In this document: positions 57,681-64,000 of the stretch, one piece after another
How positions within the stretch are numbered: the first letter of the stretch is position 1
How the letters are laid out: each line of letters begins with the position of its first letter
Assembly: GCA_963814365.1 (NCBI GenBank)
Contig: CAWFCL010000010.1
Location: forward strand, 7,342-71,341
DNA from: an uncultured Actinomycetes bacterium
Lineage (GTDB): Bacteria > Actinomycetota > Thermoleophilia > RBG-16-64-13
DNA: 64,000 bases
Reading direction: 5' to 3'
The notes under the pieces: generated by a model
Database searches by the model: none
What the model was told of the DNA's origin: nothing
What the model saw: the letters and a program-made list of their open reading frames with translations, nothing else
Program-made: the position numbers and the translations under genes

Positions 57681-58565
57681 TTACTTGAGCGGGCGAAGTT
57701 TAAGGATCTCTCTCGCTTCTTCGGGAGTGGCGACCTCCATTTCCAGTTCGTGGATGATCCGCACCATGCGCTCGACTAGTTGAGCGTTGCTCTTAGCCAA
57801 CTCCCCGTATGAGTAGTAGATGTTGTCCTCCATGCCCACCCGCGCGTTGCCGCCCTTGAGCAGTCCGTAGGTCACACCTTGCAGTTGGTGGGATCCGATA
57901 GCCATGGTGGACCAGTTGACGTAGCGGTCCTTGGGCAACAGGCTGATCATGAAGTCCAGGTTCTGTTGACTGAATGAGATAGCGCCCTGGCTGACCTTGT
58001 TCATGCCCATGACGAAGGTCAGCGAGGGGGGATCGGCGATCACGCCACCGGGGACCAGGACGTTGAATACATCCTCGACACTAGAGGGGTTGAAGACTTC
58101 CATCTCCGGCTTGATGCCCAAATCCATCATCTTCTGTGCGTTCTTGAGCAACCAGGCGCGTTCCCACCTGTAGATGAACGACATATCGCCCCACACAGTG
58201 GTGATGAGTGAGCAATCCAGAGAGCACATCTCCGGCAGACATGACTTGTCCTTCATCTCAAGCAGCGCCACACCGTCGTCCGCCTCGGAGCCGGGTTTGG
58301 TAGCCGGCGCCGTGGAATTCTGGATGATTATGGGGCACTTCGCTCGGATGCTGGTGTTGATCTCGGCGAATATCTCCGGGTCGTTGCTCGAATTACCTTG
58401 CTTGTCCCGAGCGTGTACATGCACGATCGCCGCACCGGCGTTGTAGCAGTCGTATGCCGAAGAGACGATCTCTGAGGGCTGTTCGGGCAGGTGAGGATTC
58501 GCGGCCTTGCCCTGAAAGTTGCCCGTCTGCGCAACGGTGATGATCACCTTTCTCTTGTCAGCCAA
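57681..58565 (-). CDS. beta-keto acid cleavage enzyme (BKACE / 3-keto-5-aminohexanoate cleavage, DUF849) family
   Basis: TTG at 58565 after GAAGGGAG. KVIITVAQTGN...PEQPSEIVSSAYDCYNAGAAIVHVHARD...GNARVGMEDNIYY is the typical BKACE pattern. Confidence 0.85.
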   Translation of the reverse strand: MADKRKVIITVAQTGNFQGKAANPHLPEQPSEIVSSAYDCYNAGAAIVHVHARDKQGNSSNDPEIFAEINTSIRAKCPIIIQNSTAPATKPGSEADDGVALLEMKDKSCLPEMCSLDCSLITTVWGDMSFIYRWERAWLLKNAQKMMDLGIKPEMEVFNPSSVEDVFNVLVPGGVIADPPSLTFVMGMNKVSQGAISFSQQNLDFMISLLPKDRYVNWSTMAIGSHQLQGVTYGLLKGGNARVGMEDNIYYSYGELAKSNAQLVERMVRIIHELEMEVATPEEAREILKLRPLK

Positions 58566-58732
58566 CGCCCACTCCCTTCTCTGCTCGCGCTCGAAAGCAA
58601 GAACGTGATGCGGATCCGTGATCCCGTAGCCTCTCCACTGTACATCCCCCCGGCGACTGGGCAAAGCCCCACAGCGAGAGCGACCGGCTGCGGCGGACCG
58701 GCCGGGACTCGACAGCCCCTCTGCCGGTCTAT

Positions 58733-61102
58733 ATGCTGGAGCCCATGCGTCAAGGTGGACAAGAACAGCAGCCTCTGTCGACTGTGGGCAAGAGCCTGCC
58801 CCGGGTGGACGCCCGCGACAAGGTGACCGGCACGGCGGAGTACGCCAGCGATCTGCAGTTGCCCGGGATGCTATACGCCAAGGTGCTGCGCAGCGCGCAC
58901 GCGCACGCCAAGATACTCTCTGTCGACACCAGTAGGGCGGTAGCCCTCCCCGGGGTCAAAGCGGTCATCACCGGCGCCGACATGCCCAAGGACCCGCCGC
59001 TGGAGGCCCTGCGCAAGGAGTTGTTCGCGGTCCCGCCCTACTCGCTGGCCACCGACAGAGCACGCTACACGGGCGAAGAGATCGCGGCGGTGGCAGCCAC
59101 AGACGAGCGCACAGCCCAGGAGGCGCTGAGTCTGATCGTCGTGGAATACGAGGAGCTGCCGGCGGTGGTCGATCCCATGGAGGCCATGAGACCTGGCGCC
59201 CCCCTCATCCATGACGACGCCCCGGACAACGTCCACTACCAGAACGAGTTCGAATATGGCGATGTTGACGGAGGGTTCGCTGAGGCCGACCGCATCTTCG
59301 AAGACACCTACAGCACCCAACTCGTGCACCCCAGTACGCTGGAGCGGACGGTATGCCTCGCCAGCTTCGACAGATTCGGGTATCTGACCTTCTACGACAA
59401 CTCCATCGACCCCTACAAGCAGAGCCGCTACCTGCCCAAGTTGTTGGGCATCGCGCCCAGCAACATGCGGATAGTGCAGAAGTCCAACGGCAGCAACTTC
59501 GGTGCCCTGCAGGGCAACCTCACCCCCTACATCATCTGCGCCCTGCTGGCCAAGAAGGCAGGCAGGCCGGTCAAGCTCGTCTACACTCGCGAAGAGGAGT
59601 TCGTGAACGCTGGGCCTAGGGCCGTCGCCGTGTGCCACCTAAAGACCGGCGTCAAGAATGACGGCACCATCACCGCCAGAGATATCCGAGTAGTCACCAA
59701 CGCCGGCGCCCATGCCTATCTGGGGCCGCCCATGATGATCAGTGGCTTCACCCCCTGTGCCGGTCTGTACCGCTGCCCCAACGTGCGCTTCGAGGGCAAG
59801 TGCGTCCACACCAACACAGCGGTGGTCTCGCCCTACCGGTCGTTCGGAGTCGTACCCGTCGCCTTCGCGGTGGAAGCGATGATGAACCTCATCGCCGAGG
59901 AGCTGGGCATCGACCCGGTGGAGCTCAGACTGAAGAACATGACCCAGCAGGGTGACGTCACCGTGGTCGGTCAGAAGATAGGCAGTTGCGGACTACCGGA
60001 GTGTATTCAAAGGGTCGCAGACCACATCGGCTGGAACGCTAAGCGGGGCCAGTTACCTGCCAATCGGGGAGTGGGCATGGCCTGCGGCATGTTCGATTCC
60101 GAGGTACGCAACGCACCTTTCTCAGGGTCGGTGGCCTACGTCAAGGTGCTGGAGGACGGCAAGGTCAAAGTGATCTCGGGCGAGTTCGAATGGGGACAAG
60201 GTTCGCACACGGTGCTTTCGCAGATCGCTGCCGAAGAACTGGGGGTCCCGCTCGACCAAGTGCTCTTCTCCGAGCTCGACACCGCGGCAGTCCCCTATGC
60301 CTTGGGCCCCTACGGGGGCGGACCAGTGACCATGCGCGGCGGCAACGCCGTACGCCTAGCCGCCATCGAAGCCCGCAGACAACTGCTGCAGACGGCCGCC
60401 GGCCTGCTGGCGGCGGACCCGGAAGACTTGGAGTTGGCCGAGCAGAGGATCACGGTAAAGACGGACCGCACCAAGTCGCTATCTGTGGCCGAGGTGGCTC
60501 ACCACGCCAAGTTCATCCTAGCCGAGGAGGTCATCGGCCGCGGGCACTTCGAGCCCGACACGGTGATGCGCGACCCCCGCAACTACTACGGCGACTACTC
60601 CAGTGGATACACCTTCACGGCGCAGACCATGGAGGTCGAGGTAGACCCCGATACCGGGCAGGTCAAGATCCTGGACGTCGCCTCGGCCATCGATCTGGGC
60701 AAGGCCATCAACCCGATGGCGGCCGAGGGTCAGAACGAAGGTTGTCTGGGCCAGGAGTTGGGCCCGGTGATGCTGGAGGGTATCGTCTACGACGGACAGG
60801 GCAGAGTGGTCAATCCCAACCTGATCGACTACCGGCTCCCGACGGCCCTGGACGTGCCGCCCATCAAGGGTTTCCTGGTGGAATCCCACGAGCCCAACGG
60901 ACCGTACGGCGCCAAGGCCTGCGGACAGGTAAGCAACATACCGCCCGCGGCCGCGCTGGTCAGCGCCATCTACGATGCAGTGGGGGTACGCATCAAGGAG
61001 CAGCCCATCACGCCAGAGAAGATCCTGAAGGCTCTCGCCGAGAAACGGCAGAACGAGAAGTCTGAGGGCGCGAAGGAAGCGGGGCGGGATGCGACTGCCT
61101 AA
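58733..61102 (+). CDS. xanthine dehydrogenase family molybdopterin-binding large subunit
   Basis: GKSLPRVDARDKVTGTAEYASD, GGNFG-type motif (SNGSNFGA), and a C-terminal dimerisation domain. 789 aa, intact. Confidence 0.9.
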   Translation: MLEPMRQGGQEQQPLSTVGKSLPRVDARDKVTGTAEYASDLQLPGMLYAKVLRSAHAHAKILSVDTSRAVALPGVKAVITGADMPKDPPLEALRKELFAVPPYSLATDRARYTGEEIAAVAATDERTAQEALSLIVVEYEELPAVVDPMEAMRPGAPLIHDDAPDNVHYQNEFEYGDVDGGFAEADRIFEDTYSTQLVHPSTLERTVCLASFDRFGYLTFYDNSIDPYKQSRYLPKLLGIAPSNMRIVQKSNGSNFGALQGNLTPYIICALLAKKAGRPVKLVYTREEEFVNAGPRAVAVCHLKTGVKNDGTITARDIRVVTNAGAHAYLGPPMMISGFTPCAGLYRCPNVRFEGKCVHTNTAVVSPYRSFGVVPVAFAVEAMMNLIAEELGIDPVELRLKNMTQQGDVTVVGQKIGSCGLPECIQRVADHIGWNAKRGQLPANRGVGMACGMFDSEVRNAPFSGSVAYVKVLEDGKVKVISGEFEWGQGSHTVLSQIAAEELGVPLDQVLFSELDTAAVPYALGPYGGGPVTMRGGNAVRLAAIEARRQLLQTAAGLLAADPEDLELAEQRITVKTDRTKSLSVAEVAHHAKFILAEEVIGRGHFEPDTVMRDPRNYYGDYSSGYTFTAQTMEVEVDPDTGQVKILDVASAIDLGKAINPMAAEGQNEGCLGQELGPVMLEGIVYDGQGRVVNPNLIDYRLPTALDVPPIKGFLVESHEPNGPYGAKACGQVSNIPPAAALVSAIYDAVGVRIKEQPITPEKILKALAEKRQNEKSEGAKEAGRDATA

Positions 61103-62111
61103 GTTCGACTACTTCGCCCCCGAAACCTTGCAGGAGGCCTGCAACCTGCTCTCGCGACCGGGTGCAAAGCTCATGGCAGGAGGCACCGAGCTGCTGATCA
61201 AACTCAAGCAAGGCATCGCCCAAGCCGACGCGGTGGTGACCCTTAAGGGCATAACCGGGCTCAACAAGATCCAGGCCGGCGCAGACGGGGGGCTGATCAT
61301 CGGTGCCACGGCCACCCTGCGGTCCGTAGCCGAGTCGCCTTTGGTGCTCGAGCGTTGCCCTCCGCTGGCGACCGCGGCCGCGAGCGTCGGTAGGCCACGC
61401 CTGCCCTATATGGCCACCTTGGGAGGCAATCTCTGCCTAGATGCTCGCTGCTTCTACTACAACCAGTCGTCGCTGTGGAAGCAGTCGCTGGCCCCCTGCT
61501 ACAAGGACGGGGGCGACCGCTGCCACGTGGTCAAAGGCAGCGATCACTGCAACGCCCTCTTTGTGGCCGACACGGCACCGATCTTGGTCGCGCTCGGCGC
61601 CCAGGTCACGATAGCCTCGGTCGACGGCGAGACACAGATGCCTCTTGCAGAGTTCTACTCCGGCACAGGGGAGCCCGTGAACGTCATGCGTGCAGGGCAG
61701 GTGCTGACCCAGATCAGCGTGCCGGCGCCGCCCACCCATGGCGCCACCGTCTATCTCCGACATAGCCCGCGCGCGGCCATCGACTTCGCCGTGGTCAGCG
61801 CCGCGGTGGCACTCCAGATAGACCCCGACAACGGATCGTGCGCTCAGACCCGGATCGTGTTGGGCAGCGTGTCCACCGCCCCGCTGCGAGCGACCGAGGC
61901 CGAAAGTGCCCTCAAGGGCAGGCCCCTGGACGAGACCACGGCTAGCGCCGCGGCTGCGCTTGCGGCCCGAGAGGCGCGCCCTCTTGGCCATCTGGGATTC
62001 TCCGCCGCATACAAGCGGTCCCTGGTCGAGACTCTGGTGCACAGAGCTGTGATGCAGGCCTGGCAGCAGACCTCCTCCGCGGCGACAACAGACAAGAGGG
62101 GTGCGGGTTGA
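61089..62111 (+). CDS. FAD-binding medium subunit with HcrB-type Cys-rich insertion
   Basis: LMAGGTELL FAD motif. The insertion is CLDARC-x15-C-x7-C-x8-C (CFYYNQSSLWKQSLAPCYKDGGDRCHVVKGSDHC). Confidence 0.9.
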   Translation: MRLPKFDYFAPETLQEACNLLSRPGAKLMAGGTELLIKLKQGIAQADAVVTLKGITGLNKIQAGADGGLIIGATATLRSVAESPLVLERCPPLATAAASVGRPRLPYMATLGGNLCLDARCFYYNQSSLWKQSLAPCYKDGGDRCHVVKGSDHCNALFVADTAPILVALGAQVTIASVDGETQMPLAEFYSGTGEPVNVMRAGQVLTQISVPAPPTHGATVYLRHSPRAAIDFAVVSAAVALQIDPDNGSCAQTRIVLGSVSTAPLRATEAESALKGRPLDETTASAAAALAAREARPLGHLGFSAAYKRSLVETLVHRAVMQAWQQTSSAATTDKRGAG

Positions 62112-62635
62112 CACCTGACATGAACAGCTCCCGCGCGCCCGGGGCCGATGATGCACCGGTGGGCAGCCCGGTCTCGCTGACCCTCCGAGTGAACGAACAG
62201 GGTCACACTCTGGTGGTCCAACCAAGCAAGACCCTGCTTGAGTTGTTGCGCGAAGACCTGGGTCTCATGGGCGCCCGAGAGGCCTGCGACACCGGCGGCT
62301 GCGGGGCCTGCACAGTCCTTGTGGATGATCTACCGGTGTACTCCTGCATGGTCTTAGCCTTGGACTGCCGTGACAAGAGCGTACTGACTATCGAGGGGCT
62401 CGCCCAAGATGGCCGGCTGCACGCTCTCCAGCAGGCCTTCATCGATCACGGCGCAATCCAGTGCGGCTTCTGCACGCCGGGCATGGTGCTCACAGCCAAG
62501 GCCCTGCTCGATGTCAATCCGAACCCCACCGAACAGGAAGTCCGGGAAGCCATCTCCGGCAACATCTGCCGGTGCACAGGCTACGTCAAGATCGTCGAGG
62601 CCATCATGGCAGTGGCCCAAGGAAGTACAGAATGA
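62108..62635 (+). CDS. [2Fe-2S]-binding small subunit
   Basis: CDTGGCGACTV and GAIQCGFCTPG...CRCTGY motifs. The start is uncertain (TTG 62108 or ATG 62120). Confidence 0.9.
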   Translation: MTPDMNSSRAPGADDAPVGSPVSLTLRVNEQGHTLVVQPSKTLLELLREDLGLMGAREACDTGGCGACTVLVDDLPVYSCMVLALDCRDKSVLTIEGLAQDGRLHALQQAFIDHGAIQCGFCTPGMVLTAKALLDVNPNPTEQEVREAISGNICRCTGYVKIVEAIMAVAQGSTE

Positions 62636-63606
62636 CTGGAACGCTTGTCCTGTGGCTGGCCATCTTCGCGGTGTCCGTGATCGCGCTGGTCAAGTCCGCG
62701 GACTGGTTCACCGAGGGGGCCGAGGAGCTCGGGGTGTTCCTGGGAGTTCCCGTCTACGTGGTCGGCTTGACGATAGTCGCCATGGGTACTTCGCTGCCCG
62801 AACTGGTCAGCTCCATATTCGCTGTGGTCGGCGGTTCATCAGAGATCGTGGCCGGCAATGCCATCGGCTCCAACATCACCAATATCTGCCTAGTCTTGGC
62901 CTTGGGAGCGATAGTCGCCGGGCGGCTGACCGTGGTCAGAGAGATCGTCCAGGTAGACCTGCCCATCCTGGCGAGCGCGACCGCCCTGCTCGGCCTTATG
63001 GCCCTGGACAGGACCATCAGTCGCCTGGACGGGGCTTTGCTTCTCGCTGGAGCGATCATCTACGGCTTCTACGGGTTGTTGATCTCCCGGCCTACTCGAG
63101 CGACCCAAGCCAAGGTGGAAGCGGTGGTCGAGGAGGATCTGAAGCCGGAACGAGGCCACCTACGCCCTCTGGTGTTCGTCAAGTTGATCGGCGGCGCCGC
63201 GGTCATCTACTTCGGTGCCGAATACACCATCAAGTCGGTGATCGAACTTTCCGACCTGCTCGATGTCGGCAAAGATGTGATCGCCATATCCGCGGTCGCT
63301 CTGGGGACCTCACTGCCGGAACTGGTGGTGAGCTTGGTGGCCGCACGACGAGGCAAGCTGGAGATAGCCATAGCCAACGTGTTGGGCTCCAACATATTCA
63401 ACTCGTTTGCGGTGGTCGGCATACCCGCTATGATCTCGCCGCTCAAGGTGACAGACCCCGTACTCACCATCGGTCTCCCCTTCATGGCGGTTTCGACGAT
63501 CCTCTACTTCTTCATGTCACAGGATCGCGAAGTCACGCGGTGGGAAGGCATGCCACTGGTGCTTATCTACATCCTGTTCTTGGCCACCCTGTTCGGGTTT
63601 GCCTAG
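62632..63606 (+). CDS. CaCA family Ca2+/Na+ antiporter (YrbG-like)
   Basis: ATG at 62632 overlaps the previous stop (ATGA). Two alpha-repeats: GTSLPELVSSI...GNAIGSNITN and GTSLPELVVSL...ANVLGSNIFN. Confidence 0.9.
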   Translation: MTGTLVLWLAIFAVSVIALVKSADWFTEGAEELGVFLGVPVYVVGLTIVAMGTSLPELVSSIFAVVGGSSEIVAGNAIGSNITNICLVLALGAIVAGRLTVVREIVQVDLPILASATALLGLMALDRTISRLDGALLLAGAIIYGFYGLLISRPTRATQAKVEAVVEEDLKPERGHLRPLVFVKLIGGAAVIYFGAEYTIKSVIELSDLLDVGKDVIAISAVALGTSLPELVVSLVAARRGKLEIAIANVLGSNIFNSFAVVGIPAMISPLKVTDPVLTIGLPFMAVSTILYFFMSQDREVTRWEGMPLVLIYILFLATLFGFA

Positions 63607-63621
63607 GCGCCCCGCGAGGGG

Positions 63622-64000
63622 TCAGTCGACGTTGGCGACGACGGTCGCCAGGGCATGCGCAGTGGGGTCGACGTGCCCCCCGAAGTCGGTGGTCCAGTAG
63701 TGGCCCCAGTCCGAGTCACTGTCGTGCACCAGCGCGATACCTATGACCTTGAAGTCCTCGCAGAGTAGGTTGGCGTCATGTGTGGGCGAGGCCTTGAGGG
63801 CTTCCAGGGCCTGCGCGGCAGTGGGTTGGCCGGCGGCCAGGTTCTCGCCCATGATGGTCCTGTAGTCGTAGCCGCAGGCGATCATGCGCTCGGCTGGGTC
63901 GGTGCCTGTCGAGAAGTACTCAGAACGCGTCCCGTCAAGAGGCAGGTCGCGACCGCTGGAGGCGCGGTAACAACCGGTGAAGTGATTCAAGAAGTCATAG
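63622..64000 (-). CDS. CAP/SCP (YkwD-like) domain protein, 5' end beyond window
   Basis: The C-terminal part MGENLAAGQPTAAQALEALKASPTHDANLL...IGIALVHDSDSDWGHYWTTDFG is typical of the CAP superfamily. Confidence 0.6.
   Translation of the reverse strand, partial: YDFLNHFTGCYRASSGRDLPLDGTRSEYFSTGTDPAERMIACGYDYRTIMGENLAAGQPTAAQALEALKASPTHDANLLCEDFKVIGIALVHDSDSDWGHYWTTDFGGHVDPTAHALATVVANVD

Noticed and set aside
1-64000. CRISPR arrays, rRNA or tRNA genes
   Set aside because: I saw no short regularly spaced direct repeats and no tRNA-like cloverleaf candidates in the few intergenic regions by eye. The only repeat family is the ~100-nt attC-like element. A tRNAscan or Infernal run would be needed to be certain.

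Overview
GC-rich bacterial chromosomal segment, apparently from an anaerobe; the phylum cannot be assigned from this window. I saw no rRNA, tRNA or CRISPR array. Contents from left to right follow. (1) 1-5.8 kb: a decayed chromosomal integron on the minus strand. It has a truncated integron-type integrase relic, three or four ~1.3 kb cassettes that each encode a lipoprotein and end in a ~100 nt attC-like palindromic repeat, and an IS30-family element inserted in one cassette. (2) 5.8-12 kb: housekeeping and accessory genes (MarC, SDR, MFS, crotonase, YedY-like Moco protein). (3) 12-19.3 kb: phoU-pstBACS with a divergent OmpR-type regulator and PhoR-like kinase. (4) 19.3-21.4 kb: arsR-acr3-metallophosphoesterase. 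(5) 21.5-25 kb: a TRAP-type binding protein and a two-component pair. (6) 25-34.3 kb: one long, translationally coupled minus-strand operon, rex / CheY / hydC-hydB-hydA (electron-bifurcating-type [FeFe] hydrogenase) / sensory-hydrogenase-like domain fused to a histidine kinase / CheY / receiver-PAS-kinase, with a Rex operator upstream. (7) 34.4-38.7 kb: a heavily frame-disrupted block (Zn-ADH, MFS) and an OFA-type MFS. (8) 38.7-40.5 kb: an ArsR-ferredoxin-FmdB-TehA operon. (9) 40.5-43.9 kb: a ROK kinase, a PASTA/discoidin lipoprotein, a disrupted RdhA-like gene and a Rieske protein. (10) 43.9-56.2 kb: a Mop-type aldehyde oxidoreductase embedded in a conserved but functionally unexplained neighbourhood (FAD/CCG oxidoreductase, Zn-ribbon, radical SAM, methyltransferase, C_GCAxxG_C_C protein, PaaK-like ligase, XdhC, NTP-transferase-HD, histidine phosphatase). 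(11) 56.2-58.6 kb: a BKACE / 3-hydroxyacyl-CoA dehydrogenase / cupin cluster. (12) 58.7-62.6 kb: a three-subunit xanthine-dehydrogenase-family enzyme whose FAD subunit carries the 4-hydroxybenzoyl-CoA-reductase-type Cys insertion. (13) A CaCA antiporter and a partial CAP-domain gene. Caveat: about 35 genes or gene ends need +/-1 frame corrections. Many of these sit in short G/C runs, so every 'pseudogene' call below means 'not translatable as assembled' and may reflect assembly indels. Many long ORFs in the supplied track are antisense or wrong-frame artefacts of high GC.
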